64,000 bases of DNA from Chrysomallon squamiferum (lineage: Eukaryota > Animalia > Mollusca). Below are positions 37,158 through 52,230 of this stretch, piece by piece. The DNA is taken from positions 7,130,001-7,194,000 of the forward strand of contig CM022668.1 in the NCBI GenBank assembly GCA_012295275.1, given 5' to 3'. How positions within the stretch are numbered: position 1 is the first letter of the stretch; the number at the start of each line of letters is the position of its first letter. The position numbers and the translations under genes are program-made. Under the pieces are notes generated by a model. It was not told where the DNA came from. It ran no database searches and was given only the letters and a program-made list of their open reading frames with translations.

Positions 37158-40100
37158 TTATTGTTTGTTGTTGCTGTTCTATCTTAATGGTAATGTATTA
37201 CAACAAACTAATACATGTGTAACATCATCGTAATTATAGAGAGAGAGCAGAAACACCTTCCTGTAAAATTTCTTGTATGTATTGAGAAATAATGTAGGTA
37301 TAACTCAGCCAAGGTGCCACATATGCGACAATGTCAAAAGAGGTTAAATGGAGGCAGTCAAATGTTTTTGTAACTATTATTTTATTTTATTTTTTTTGTT
37401 CTTCTAATTACAAGGGATGATAGGTGCTTTACAATAATAAAATAATTAACTTGGAAATATAAAAATAATGTTATCAGACTATTTCTTTGCGAATATATTT
37501 AAAATGACAAATAAATTTATGATCATCACGGGAAAATTTACACCAAAGACTGAGTCACCGTGAAATTATTCCATTACCGTACCAAACGAAAGGTTTTTCG
37601 GTCCAACTTGTTTGAAATTAGTAAAATGATTGACATGTATTTGAGTGAGTGTGCATTTATCCTGCTAACACTGTGTAATGAAGAGCAGTTGCTAACTAAA
37701 TTAATTTCTGTATTTTAGAGTACTGACCAAAACCACAGCTGTTTTGGGATGCAACTTTACTTCCATAAATCACTAATTATTTACTTTCTTAGATCTTAAA
37801 AGACCATTTTGAAAACAGATTTCATTTTAAAAGATAAATTGTTTGTATCAAAGAATTATACATTGTTGATGGTTACAGTTAACTGTGAAAAAAACTTTCT
37901 GGTATTGAGGTATCATCTATTACACTATGCTCAAAACTTGTATTCATTTATTTCTGCAACCACCATTACTGTTGTTTTACCACTGCAGCCACCACTACTA
38001 CTGTTACTACAACTGCTTCAGCATTAGAATAATATTACTACTAATTAATTAATGGCGTGACCGAATACACTGTAATAACAAAAAACAAAGAAGAAATAAT
38101 AATTAAAAAAAAAAATTAATAATAATTAATAAAATAGTTTAAACTGTGTTGTGGGTTTGTTACTTTATAGCAATAAACTATTTGAAAGTTTCTCAGAAAT
38201 AGCATGTTATTAATAAATGTAATTTTTAATTCTTAAAATGTCCTTTGAGTTACTATTTTTACTGGGTTTTGTTATTGTTAATTGTTTTGTTGATGTTCTT
38301 GTTGCCTTTGTTGTTGTTGTTAGTTGATTTTGTTATTCTTACAGTTTTGTTGATATTTTTGTTGCGTATGTTGTTGTTTATTTCTTTATTGTTTACTCTT
38401 GAATGCACTTTTCTCCATTTTCCTGAAATCGTGGAGAAACAAGCGAATGTATTCATAAATAAGTAAGTTTTGATTTATCGACGTCTTGTTCGGCTAGTAT
38501 ATAACGATCATTGTAGCAAAAGTCTTCAGTGACGTAGATACATATCAGAAATAATTTACCAATAAAGTAGCCGGTTACGACGCGAAATCGAGATCAACAC
38601 GACAACTGGATTGGCTGGGGTCACGAATTGGCGATATAGTCACGTGATGGCGCTATTCTCCATCGTAAATCAGTGGGATGAGGGTCAAAACACTTTCGTC
38701 TGCCATATTTCAATTAGGAATTGTCCGTTTAAAGATGAGAAATAACTTTTTACTGGCATGGCAGCGACTGAAACGAGGTAATTTGTCTCGATCACACCTC
38801 ACGGGAGATAATTCTAATCGTACAAGAAACGCTGTAAGGCATTGTATACAATTTTCTTTTATTGTGATTACAGTTGTTTTCTAACAAACACTTCCAAAAC
38901 ACTGTTAACCTATATATATTATTTCCCGTTGCAATAATCTTCTATGCAAATCAAAAAATAAGAAAAAAGCGAAAGGCGACTGACAGAAGATGCTATTTTC
39001 CTTTCATTTGTGACATACTTTTATAGGTAGATAATAATAATAATAATAATAGAAGAAGAAGAAAAATAACACTAGTAGAAGTAGTAGTAGTTATGTTAGT
39101 AGTAGTACTAGCAGCTGTCGTATCAGTAATGGGAATAGCAGTCGTAATAGTAGTAGTTGTAATGTTGGCAGTGGTAATAGTCCTAATAATAATAGTAGTA
39201 AAAATTATTCTTTAAAACGCTAATGCTTTACCGAAACAGTACCTACACCTGTATATTAAAATTTTCACTTCGTTAATATACGATCCAAATAATTACACAT
39301 CAGACAGATATCAATACATTTAAAAATAATTTGAGTTAATTATCGGGAAGGGAAAAAAAAAAAAAAAATAACGTTCTTAGTCTTACTAAGCTTATTATCT
39401 CTTGAAACTGATATCAGTAAGTGCTGCAGGTAACTGCAAACATATTGAACATATACGAAATAATATTGTTGATTTTATAGCAACAGAAAGTTTAACAAAC
39501 TCATATATATACGGACAAATACACATAATGAGAGAGAGAGAGAGAGAGAGATAAACATAAATAAATAAAAAAATAAAAATAAAAATGTCAAGAAAAAGTA
39601 AATAATTGCATTTCGTATTTGACTCCATATATTAAAGAGAGAGAGAGGTAAAAAAGACAAAGAATGAGAAAAACAAAAAAAGACAGAACGACACATATTT
39701 TCGGAACCTACGTTCAGTATTGGATGCTAAGAAATAAAACTCTATCCCGGTTCTATTTATTTTTCATTTCTCGATAGTATAACATCCGTTAATATCATAC
39801 CAGCAGGGCGCGTGTAACAGTGAATGGATTCATGAAATGTCTGAAAATATGAATTATTCATGAGCTCATTTTCATTATTTAGCGATATTTTTTCACCGGC
39901 AGTGTTTAGAGGAGAAACAAAATATTCACGGCAAAAATGTTATTGAGACGACAATCATAACTAACAAGAAATATTGTCTCATTCATTATCTCGGCAATCT
40001 TCGGGAAATTTGGTTGTTGAAAATCGATACTGCACGAAGATTCCGGAATGAAATATCAGTTAAAGAATAATGGTGTAGACTTCAGGATGGAATTGTTTTG

Positions 40101-40553
40101 ACGAAGCTAGTCAGCGCCTTCGTTCAATTCGTGGCCCTGTTGTTTTTAACCCTCAGACGTCTGCCTAAGATGGACTTAGCTTGTTAGACGTCAGTTCAGT
40201 TAGTGCAGTGGCAGTGACAATTAATCTAGAACAAATCCGAATCGGGTAAAACTGTTCGGAGTATACCGGTACGTTCCGATTCTTAGGCTACCGAAATGTT
40301 CCGAATAATGTCTAACATTCCCGAGTAATGCCGATCAGTTTATTCTTTCTTTGTTTTATTTTTTTAAATTTTTTTATTATTTTTTTAGAATCGAAATTAT
40401 ACTAGTTGTGACATTAGTCTTATTCTTATCATGAAACGTTAATTTGCTATCAGGACAAAATATTAAATATATATAATCTTTCAAGACAAACACACACACA
40501 CAAACACACATAACGGCATTCAAATGGACCTATGTATGCAAGCAAATGCATAC

Positions 40554-40603
<50 letters not shown>

Positions 40604-40919
40604 AAACAAAAAACGAAAAGCTTCCAGACAATATTTTTAATTCTTATTTACCATGCGATAATATGACATTAAAATACAGCTACATTATATTAAGTAAATA
40701 ACAGAACATTACAACAACTTAGTGGAACAAAAACACATCTTAGCTCGTTTACTGACAAACACAGACACACACGCAAATTTGTTTTAGCTCGTATATGATT
40801 ATATTTACTCATAAATATTCAAAATGCATTTCACACACACACACACATACAGATACAAATAATAATAACAACGACATAGGATCATAGGGAAGAGAGGCAG
40901 ATTGTATTTGCACGTACGA

Positions 40920-40969
<50 letters not shown>

Positions 40970-41149
40970 GGGTGTTTGTATGTGTATAGCTAGATATATA
41001 GCTGGACTGAAAGATACGTACTTAGGTAGGTTTGTAGGATGGTAGGAAGATGGCTGGCTGGTTGGATAGACAGTCAGACAGACAGACAAACAAACAAGAC
41101 GGAATGCTATAATCATTGAGTTTGACAATAAACGCTTTATAATAATAAT

Positions 41150-41182
<33 letters not shown>

Positions 41183-41841
41183 TAATGAAATGTTTTATTA
41201 TTATACAAAATAATGTTTCACTCGCGTTTCATTCTCATATATAAACAGCATAAGAAAACATCTCTGCATATTTCAACGGGCAGAAATAAATACAACAGAC
41301 GCACACGCACCCACGCACGCACGCGCACACACAAATGCGCACGCACGAGGACATCCCTCCCCCCCACCGCCTACACAAAACGTTAAACTTTGTACGAGAG
41401 CAGACACAACAGAAAATTACATTAGTAAATTTAATAGATTCTTTCTCTTCTTCTTCTTCTTCTTCTTATTACCTTTCTAAATTCACTAAATAATACAAAT
41501 CAATTTTTTTTATGAATGCACCTCTCCTTGAGCGTAAATCATATTACTAGGTTTTCCAAGTGATAATTTTTAGCGAAAAATACGACATATTCGCACGAAA
41601 ACAAGCTGTTCTTTTGACATGAAATGACACAGAGATGAACACTGTGTATTGAATTTCGTGGTAATGACTCAGTACATTTTGCGAAACGGGCTAAGCATTT
41701 CAAAGAGTTCTGCAAGTGTCACGCTAGACACAAACCAAAGAAAATTTGAGAAACAGAATTTTTTTTTTCAACAACATATAACATTACAATAATATCATGA
41801 TAAAATAATAATAATAATAATCATAATAATAATAATACTTG

Positions 41842-41875
<34 letters not shown>

Positions 41876-42159
41876 ATGTGTGTGTATGTATGTATGCATA
41901 TGTGTGTATGTATATGTGTAATTATGTGTGTGTGTATTTGACTGAATTATTTTATATACATTTTTGTTATCCTCTTTCGGTTTTTCTCGGAAAGATTTAA
42001 GCTATATATTTTCAGAGTTAATCACCAAAGGGGTACCCCCACAAAACAACGACGATAAACAGAACAAAAATAAACAAACAAAAATTACAAAAGAATACAC
42101 CAAAACAAACACAAATAAAAAAACTCTTCAGATACAATATAAATAATTAAGTAAATGTT

Positions 42160-42202
<43 letters not shown>

Positions 42203-42826
42203 GTTTCAGTTACTGTAATATTAAATACAATTTTAAATTTTACTAATTTTATTTTTATTTTATCTTCGTACATTGCAAACCCAATTCAAATTAAAAAAAT
42301 CGATTTTGGAACAGTGTAACTTCTCGATTACAATGAGGAAGAGTATATAACAGCTAGTGGAAAAGTGAGCGGAACAGTAGAAATCACATTTCTTAATAAT
42401 CAAAAAACATATTTAACTGGAATTGCATTCTAATTCATGTTTTACTTTTTGAGAATGGATATTATATTTTCTAATTAATAAGAAAAATCGATAAACTGTA
42501 CATTTTTATAGCTTATATTAATTAATTGTGTTTTCTAATTAATAAATAAGACTCATAAACTGAAATTTTGAACAGCTGAAAGTTAATTTTCTTACTAACT
42601 GGGAAAACAGATAAGATGAAATTCTAAATATGTGAAATTCAGCCATTATGCTTTAATTTAACCAGGAACACTGTTTATGGTGAAACTGCGGTCAAATATA
42701 TAGAAAATTAGATTTTAATTTTATTTACTGCATCTTTCACATAACCCCACCGGAGAATGAGAATAATCAGATCCAGTAATAAGAGCACTGAAGTCATTAA
42801 AAATCCATTAAAACCACCTACGGCTA

Positions 42827-43031
42827 TGACGTCATTTTAAACTCAATGACGTCATTCTTTTGTTTGAAACGTAGACAAAATGCAATCTGTCAATATCTTC
42901 CAGTGTTTCGGGACAAAAATTTAAAACATAATCTCATCATCCTCCACTTTTAGGACGTCAACAAATAATCGTATGACGTCATACGTCTATGACAGATAAA
43001 CCAGGCCTCTACGTTAGTCTCAGTGACGTCA
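42827..43031. promoter_or_regulatory. Cluster of four full CRE palindromes (TGACGTCA) at the GPCR stop codon and 3' UTR
   Basis: TGACGTCA at 42827, 42847, 42974 and 43024. Confidence 0.5.
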
Positions 43032-43270
43032 TATCTTTGTTAGCTGCGTCTGCGACGCTGGCGAGTATCGCTGGAAGCCGCGTTTGAAGATGCCGAGACA
43101 GGTGTTGGTGTTGAAGCCGAAGAAGATGATGGGGTTGGCGGCGCTGTTGAGGGGAGCGAGGCTCTGGATGAACGTGGAGATGGCGATGATGTCCTGATCC
43201 TGAGAATGCAGCGACCCGTACACGTGCAGCAGGTCAAACACAAAGTACGGGCTCCAGCAGAAAATAAACA
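43029..43270 (-). CDS. CCAP-R: CCAP/neuropeptide-S-type GPCR, last coding exon (TM6-TM7, C-tail, stop)
   Basis: tttcag acceptor (43271-43272). [14 protein letters not shown]...[17 protein letters not shown] is the CCAP-receptor/NPSR signature; TGA at 43029-43031. Confidence 0.93.
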
Positions 43271-43284
43271 CTGAAACAGAATAG

Positions 43285-43286
43285 TA

Positions 43287-43321
<35 letters not shown>

Positions 43322-43413
43322 TAATAATAATATAATAATAATAATAATAATAATAATAGTAATAATAATAATAATAATAATATAATATAATAATAGTAAT
43401 AATAATAATAATA

Positions 43414-43496
<83 letters not shown>

Positions 43497-43535
43497 TATA
43501 ATAATAATAATAATAATAATATAATAATAGTAATA

Positions 43536-43583
<48 letters not shown>

Positions 43584-43697
43584 AATAATAATAATATAAT
43601 AATAATAATAATAATATAATATAATAATAATAATAATTATTATTATTATTATTTTAATTATAATAAAAATAGTAATAATAATCGTAATAATGATAAT

Positions 43698-43753
<56 letters not shown>

Positions 43754-43768
43754 TAATAATAATAATAA
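43285..43768. repeat. Long interrupted (TAA)n microsatellite
   Basis: Direct reading; it abuts the acceptor of the last GPCR exon. Confidence 0.95.
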
Positions 43769-44587
43769 TTATTACAATTTATGTATTGATGAAGATAATG
43801 ATGACCAAGATGAAAATGATGATAGGATGATAAAACAAAAAACAAACGCTTCATCACATGATCAGTCAGTTGTGAAAATAATAAATAACATAAACTAAAA
43901 TAAAAATAAAAATTAAAATGAATGAATGAATGAATGAATGAATGAATGAAGAATAACGAAAAACAACAACAGCAGCTACAAAAGATCAGTTTGTTAATCA
44001 GAACAGAATCAATACAAGAATGAAAAGAAGAAAAAAGAAAATGAAGAACTGGGATTGGAAAAAAAACCAGTCGTAACTGAAAGTGCAGCCGTAGTAAATC
44101 CATATTAATTATATTATTTTTTAATCTGCGAGTGTAAATCTTTTACGTCAAACGTAAATGAAAATAGTACTGTTAAATATATGAGAAATCAATTTTTATC
44201 GGATTTAAAACGCATTAGATATACAAGTACAAGAGACTGTATTTGAACTCACTGGTTAGACGGCAATATTCTCGAATCGGTATTAGAGTTAAGTAAAAAT
44301 ATATGTGCTTTTGATTATTTAAAATATAAAAGAGAAGAAATCCGATACAATTGCAGAGACAATTAACATGGTGAGTTCCATCTTTTACACTGATCCAACA
44401 TATATAACTTTTTTTCTGTTCTCTCGTACCATTACACGTCCGCACTCTTGCACATGCACACGCATGCACACCACCGCACATGCACATTCTCTCTCGCTCC
44501 GTTTTTTAAGTCTCGTTTTCTTCGTGTCCCTCTCTCTCTTAGACTCTCCTTCTTTCTCTGTCCCCTCTCTCTCTACTTTCTCTCTCT

Positions 44588-44672
<85 letters not shown>

Positions 44673-44955
44673 ACCCTGCTCACTCACAGATTCTTTCTTA
44701 TTTTGTCTCTATTTCTCTCATATATAAAATGGCAAAAAATAAAATAAAAATAATATATTATTAACAGACATTTACCAATTTACAGCTGCTGTCAGAACAG
44801 ATGCCAGTTTGAGCTAAAAATAATGTGAGAAAGAAAAACAACAAACCAAAAACAGACAACTGCAGTATTAGGAATTAATTGCGTTGAAACAAAACTGATT
44901 AATATTTTGTTTTATGCACGTTTTAAGAAGCATAATCTGACAATAATTTGATTAT

Positions 44956-45048
<93 letters not shown>

Positions 45049-45782
45049 ATCTTAGTAATTTAAAATTTATTTGGTCACAAGATCAAGAAATCTCAGCGCG
45101 GACTCAAGAATGATGTCAATTCCAGCCAGAGCTCCAGAGTCCATTTTTTTAAAAAAAAAAATTTTTTAATGCCTTTGGGAAGGTGCTTATTAAAAACACA
45201 TCACTGCTATTATATCCAGTAATTTCAAGTTAGGTTAATGTTTGCGATTCAACAAAAAAACAAAACAATGAAAAACTTAAAAACAATGTTTACAATTATT
45301 CTTGTATAGTTATTCACAATATAGCCAAGAATAACCACGAAAAAAAAAGTGGATATATCAAATTTGGGTTTCTAGGAAGATTAAAACTGAACATATCATA
45401 GCTATATGTATAAATATACAAAATTTGTAAAAAATTCTTGTAATCTTTCTGGATAATCTAAGGAATGGAATTCATTTTATTTATTTATTTATTTGTTTGT
45501 TTGTTTATTATTATTATTGTGTTGTTGTTGTTGTTGTTAATAAATAAATAATAACAACGATGAATATACTGATTATAATGATGATGATAATGATTACAAC
45601 AAGAGTATGTCTGACATTTATTATAATAATTATGCTGAAGAACAGTTAAACTAATATTCATTCTTTCAGTTATTGGTCTCGACTGATTCAGATTCTTATT
45701 TCGACAAACGATAGAGATGATCAAGACCAAAAGTTGTGTTTGTGTTACTTAATTTCCACCATGTTTTAGAGTGAGAGCTTAC

Positions 45783-45902
45783 CTAGAACAATGACAAGTG
45801 TCATTTTAATGGTTTTTATTTTGGCTTTTGGTATGACTCCTCTTGAACTAGTTGTGCATTCTTTGAAACGTTTGTTGTTTGAGCTGGCGACAACATTGCT
45901 AC
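45783..45902 (-). CDS. CCAP-R: CCAP-type GPCR exon (ICL3 to TM6)
   Basis: ttttatag acceptor and G|GTAAGC donor; 120 nt, phase 1/1; SSRGVIPKAKIKTIKMTLVIVL. Confidence 0.93.
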
Positions 45903-45948
45903 CTATAAAACAAAATAGAAAAATAAAGATTTGTTGGCAGTTATACAG

Positions 45949-46053
<105 letters not shown>

Positions 46054-46679
46054 TTTCAAAAAGTAAAACAAAAATAATTATTAATCTAAAATTTATTTCA
46101 CACACACACACACGCACACACATACCATAATAATAAAAACACAAATCAAATCAAATCAAATAAAAAGTTCACATAAAGTTATAAATAGGAGACCTGCCAT
46201 TTCCGAAAATTCGGATGGTAGTAGTAGCTGTAGCAGCAGTAGTAGTACTGCTACTCGTCATATGATTTTTAAAGTATAATTTGTTAAAACTAATTTGCAC
46301 TTCAGTCGAATATAACGTGTTAATTTTAAAAAATACATAAATATTTACATTCCCCTGTGGCGGGAGAAATTTCACAGAAATAATTTATTTAACTTCACTC
46401 GGGGATTTCCGCCGGCACCAATGTCTGTGATTAATAAATCATCGACGAGATTTGACGAATTTTGCCAGAGGCTTACGTCAGGTCGCGATGACAGCCGAAT
46501 GTAAACGAAGGAAGTCGGAAATTATATTTGACGTCCTCGGGGAAAATACACAAAAACTGCATGTTTGAGAAAACGAAAGTGATTAATATATCAATTAAAA
46601 ATGTTCTGTGGAAGAATAAGAAAAACAACAATAACAACTTCAACAGTAATAACACCAATAATTATGATAATGGTTATTA

Positions 46680-46714
<35 letters not shown>

Positions 46715-47599
46715 GTTATTATTATTATTAGTAGTAGTAGTAGTAGTAGAAGTAGCAATAATAGTACTAATAGTAGTAGTGATAGCAGTTATTGTAATAA
46801 TAATAGTTGTGATGGTAATAATAGCAGTAGTTGTAGTAGTAGTAGTCGTTATAGTGGTAATAGTAGTAGTTGTCGCAGTAGTAATAGTAATAATAGTAGT
46901 TATAGTATTAATAGTCGTAATAATAACAACAGTAAGTTGTCATAGTTGTAATTGTAGTAATAGTAGTAGGAGCTGTAATTGTAATACTAACAGTACTAGT
47001 AGAGTAGTAGTAAAAGCAGTACTGGTTGTAGTAATAGTAGTAGTAGTAGCAGTATAAGAAAACGACGACGAAGAAGAAAAGAAAGAAGAATTTAAATTAA
47101 AAAAACAACAAACTAAAAACAACAAGAAAAAGAAAAAACAATCCATTTTTTTATAATCTATTTTGAAAATGTTATTATAGTGAAAACAAAAGAAAGACAA
47201 AATTTCAATATTTATTTTTTCAGTGGTGATACAACATAGCAGCTTTCAGACATTAAGGCGATAAAATCGACACAGCAGAAACTTCTATCGTCATAAAATG
47301 TAAATTTATGATGTCACTAAACAATATATTTCCATTTTCTTTCTTTTCGTTCTTTTTTTTTACTTCTATTATTTTCAAAAATTATCTTCATATCTTTTTC
47401 TTTCTTCTATTTTCTCTCATACCCCATTTTTTTTTTTTTTGGTTTTCTTCGATTCTTTACATTTTTGATTATATATATGAATATGTATGTATGTATGTAT
47501 GTATGTATTTATGTATCTATCTATCTAGCTATCTATCTATCTAAGTATGTATGTATATGTATATATATATGTATGTATGTATGTGTGTGTGTGTTTGTC

Positions 47600-47649
<50 letters not shown>

Positions 47650-48588
47650 CACACACACACACACATACACACGATATATGTATGTGTTTGTGTATATAAT
47701 GTATATATGTATGTATGTGTGTATGTATGTATGTATGTATGTGTGTTTGTGTGTATATATGTATATATAATTCTTTCTTTCTTTTCTCCATTTATTTCGG
47801 CTGCTCTTTTCATTCCTAGTTACATAAACACTCTTTTCTCAAACGTCTCGTAACTCCACTTTTTGTCGAGGACTAATATTTTCACCATAAACGATAAATC
47901 GCAAATCGATGGAAAGCTAAATTTATTTCTCGGTTTAATAGATTCAGTGTTATTTATGTGCAAAGCAGATCAGCGATAATTAATGAGCGTTTTTTTTCTT
48001 TGTTTTTTCTTTGTTTCTTCTTTTATGTCAGTGTTTTCTGTGTGCCTAGCAAAGTTTTCGTTATGTCTAAGCATATTTGCAGTGTCCGGCCAAAGTTAGC
48101 ATGTAAAATTGTAATTTGGATCAAAACAAAAAATAATCTGAACCATTTATCCATGCTTCCATGTTAAGCTGTTGTTATTTTTTATTCATTTATTTTATTC
48201 ATTTATTATTATTAAAAATAATTATTATTATTTTCTTATTATTAATATATTATTTTCGTTGCTACTATTATTATTATTATTATTATCATTGTCATTATCA
48301 TCATTATTATTCATCATTTTAATTTATTAATTTATTTATTTTATTTGTAATTTTATAGTTTAATGTTTCAAAATTATTTTAGTTTATTTCATATTAATCA
48401 TTTCACCGAATTAAAAATAAAATAATAATAAATGGCAACAAATAATAAAAGAAATAGAAACAAAGAAATAACATTTTTGTATTTTATAGAACAACATTAA
48501 CAAGAAAAAAAAAAAAATAAATAAAAAATAAATATAATAATATAATAATAATATCTATAATCTATCTGAATATCTATCTATCTATCTA

Positions 48589-48679
<91 letters not shown>

Positions 48680-48736
48680 CCCTTAATAGTATTATTATAA
48701 TAATAATACTAATAATACTAATAAATAATAATAATA

Positions 48737-48781
<45 letters not shown>

Positions 48782-49713
48782 TATAATAATAATAATTATA
48801 ATAAATAAGTAAATAAATAAATAAATAAAAATAAAATTTAGAAAAAAAACAAAAAAAACAATCCTCATCCGTCGTATAAAATTGTAAATGGGTGCATACA
48901 TCACGGGACAAAACTGTAGACGAGCATCAGCTTGAACAGCGACCAGACGCAAACCAATAAACTTGAGTTTATCCGGACGCAAACTGCTGTTTGCTCCGCT
49001 GGTCTGTAAATCTGTGTTTTATTCTGACAGTGAACGCCGTTTAGACGTACAATAACAACGTGTTGAGTGTTTCGCGCCAATTTAACCGGTTACGTCTGCG
49101 CACGAGCCGTGAATAATGGCGGACGCTTTGATTCCTTCTTACGCTTCGTCAAAAATACATGAAGTATAATACGCCAAATGAAAACAAATGGGGGAAATTT
49201 CTGCCTCTACAGCGCGCTGGAATCGAATCTGGCAGCTTCACTGGCGATATTACAAAGACCGATCAACCTTGGCAGATAAATAAGAACGAGAGAACCAAAG
49301 CGGATTTGGCACGGGCGAAAAGAATTATGGGAAGGATTTGCGTAACGGTCGTCGTGGGAAAGACGTGATCTGTAGAAATCAGTGGATTAGCAAGATGTCG
49401 TCGTGTACGTTGTCGGCAGAAAATATTATATTTCTATGCAGAAAAACGAGCAACTGATTATTGCTAAATGATTCTTGGTCCCTTTTTGATACTTTTCAGT
49501 ACATAACCAGAACAGCAGTAATACGTCATGAACTTTAATTACTACGTCATCATTTTGCCATTAGAACAATAGCGTATACCTCATCAACCTTTGACTGTCA
49601 CATCCATCATTACCTCACCACCGTCTCATGACAACATCATTTTTACATTATATTTTTATAATTATCTAAAATATAGATCATGTGATTTCAAACACTGACA
49701 CAACAAAGACTGG

Positions 49714-49746
49714 CTCTCTCTCTCTCTGTCTGTCTGTCTTTCTGTC

Positions 49747-49779
<33 letters not shown>

Positions 49780-49788
49780 GTCTCTGTC

Positions 49789-49819
<31 letters not shown>

Positions 49820-49899
49820 GTCTCTGTATGTCACTGTCTGTCTGTCTGTCTGTCTGTCTCTCTGTCTCTCTGTCTGTCTCTGTTCTCTGTCTGTCTGTC

Positions 49900-49932
<33 letters not shown>

Positions 49933-49937
49933 TTTTT

Positions 49938-49969
<32 letters not shown>

Positions 49970-50059
49970 TCTGTCTGTCTGTCTGTCTGTCTTTCTGTCT
50001 GTATCTCTCTGTCTGTCTGTCTCTCTGTCTCTCTCTCTCTGTGTCTCTGTCTGTCTCTA

Positions 50060-50090
<31 letters not shown>

Positions 50091-50106
50091 TTTCTCTCTC
50101 TCTCTC

Positions 50107-50150
<44 letters not shown>

Positions 50151-50157
50151 TCTCTTC

Positions 50158-50192
<35 letters not shown>

Positions 50193-50195
50193 CTC
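49714..50195. repeat. Compound (TC)n/(TCTG)n microsatellite
   Basis: Direct reading. Confidence 0.95.
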
Positions 50196-50210
50196 AGGTA
50201 CAAATCTTAC

Positions 50211-50373
50211 CATTTCTAACAGATCTGTCTTTTCTTTTCGACGATGATGACGTCGACGAGGACATCTGTATGCTTGTTTTGGACCAGATGATGATGACGA
50301 TGATGATGTAGCAGACGGCGATGATGAGTGCAGGAATCAGAAACAAGACAACAGCGATAGAAGTGATGTACAA
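50211..50373 (-). CDS. CCAP-R: CCAP-type GPCR exon (TM5 to ICL3); not present in the ORF track
   Basis: ttttcag acceptor and G|GTAAGA donor; 163 nt, phase 0/1; LYITSIAVVLFLIPALIIAVCYIIIVIIIWSKTSIQMSSSTSSSSKRKDRSVRN. Confidence 0.92.
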
Positions 50374-50532
50374 CTGAAAACAAGAAAAAGACGAAAAATA
50401 AAGAAAATAAAATCAAAACATTAAATTTTTATATATACTCACATACACATATACACAGATATACAAATACATCCATTCACACACATTTATACATCTATCC
50501 ATACAGTTATACACAAACAGGTATACAGACAG

Positions 50533-50584
<52 letters not shown>

Positions 50585-51616
50585 TGAATGTATTCATATA
50601 TATGTGTGTTTGTGTGTATGTAAGCAGAAAGCTTGTTTAATCATTTATAATTAAAAATAAAAATAATTAAAAAAATAAAATGAAAAGTATACATAGATAT
50701 ACAAAAAACACAAAAAACACACACACAGTCAAAACAGAAACTTGTTTAATCATTTATAATTAAAAATAAAAATAAATTTTATCTTGTTTTTCTTTTTTTT
50801 TTTCTTTTCATTTTTCACAGTTGGATATCACAATATTTTTGAACAACAATTTATCTGTAAACAAATCAGATTTAAGCTTGCCGATCTTTGCGAATATAAT
50901 TATCAAAAAGCCACATAAAAGAAAACTTCACACGAAATGTCAGAATCTGAAATTCTCAAAGGATTTCAAAAAACACACAAAAAAAAAAATTATAATAAAA
51001 AACGGTCAGTTGGAAGCAGGCTAAGTTTAATATTATAATGGTTTTTAGAAATCCCTGGGCAGAAAACTTTCAGCAGATTATTTTGTTTTTGTTTTGTTTA
51101 TCTCAGTTTTAGTTTGCACTGTTTCATTACAATAAAAAAGCGAAATGTTAATCTGTTTGAGCTCTTCAAAAACAAACAAACCAAAAATAACGAAGAAGCA
51201 GAAGAAGAAGTAAAAGCATTAGTTTACGAAAGTCTTTGATCTTTACTAACCAAAGAACAAATTTATGATTTCGTAATTCTCTTTCTTCTTCATCTTCTAC
51301 TAATTTTTTTTTCTTTTTTTGTTTAGTCTTTGAAACTCACTGTCTTAAGATATTTTTTTTAATTATTAGCGAGTGTGCAAAAGGCATTGATCCAGCTGTC
51401 GAATGTACTTGGAGTATTTTATACTCTGTCAGTGCAGTTATCAACTGCAGTCAAGGAGGCCACGCCCACTTCTTGCCACACCCTCTAAATATGCCCGTGT
51501 CCAGAGATTGCTTAGTAACGTGATATTTATAAAATAGGAAACACTAAATTCTCGAGTGAATGAACTTTTTGCACCATTCACATTTGCAATACGTTGCACA
51601 ATGAATGATATATACA

Positions 51617-51838
51617 GGCTTGTCTCGGTGACCGAACGGTAACGTAGACCGTTTTCGGAGTGCGGTCGTATGAGAGCCACACGTTCGAGTCTCGTCAGCG
51701 GCATCTGGCGGGTTTGTGAGGTCGTGATTGAACTTTGTCCTCCTGTACCAATGCGTTCCCGAATATTGTCTATGTGCAGAATCTAATCAGACGTACATAA
51801 GACAGAAAATATTGAAAATCCTATACTACACACACAGA
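51617..51838 (+). mobile_element. tRNA-derived SINE, most complete copy
   Basis: Pol III A-box-like TGACCGAACGG (51629-51639), B box GTTCGAGTC (51683-51691), a body shared with three other copies, and a CA-rich tail. Confidence 0.7.
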
Positions 51839-51976
51839 CGTTAAAAAACAGAACATACATATTTAGGTGTTTTTCGTGATATGAAGCAATAGTCTAAATA
51901 TTTTCTGCATGCATTCTTCTTCTTCGTCTTCTTCTTATTATTAAATACTACTACTACTAATACTTTTAGCACCATT

Positions 51977-52041
<65 letters not shown>

Positions 52042-52053
52042 GATTATTATACT

Positions 52054-52230
52054 TTCGAGTCTCGTCAGCGGCATCTGACGGGTTTGTGAGATCATGATTC
52101 GACTTTGTCCTCCTACGCCGAATATTGTCTATATGCAGAGTCTATTCACACGTACATAACATAAAGAATACACATACACATGCATACGCATACATACGCA
52201 CACACATGCACACACATACATATACATTCT
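52054..52230 (+). mobile_element. Same SINE, 5'-truncated copy
   Basis: TTCGAGTCTCGTCAGCGGCATCTGACGGGTTTGTGAGATCATGATT...CGTACATAA plus a CA-rich tail. Confidence 0.7.

Noticed and set aside
37310-37348. AAGGTGCCACATATGCGACAATGTCAAAAGAGGTTAA, resembling a TTAA-type (piggyBac-like) transposon end
   Set aside because: No matching second terminus was found; too short to support.
50625-50775. Direct duplication of CTTGTTTAATCATTTATAATTAAAAATAAAAATAA
   Set aside because: Ordinary AT-rich local duplication with no functional cue.
51617-51705. tRNA gene
   Set aside because: A and B boxes are present, but there is no convincing cloverleaf and it continues into a multicopy body, so it is a SINE head.
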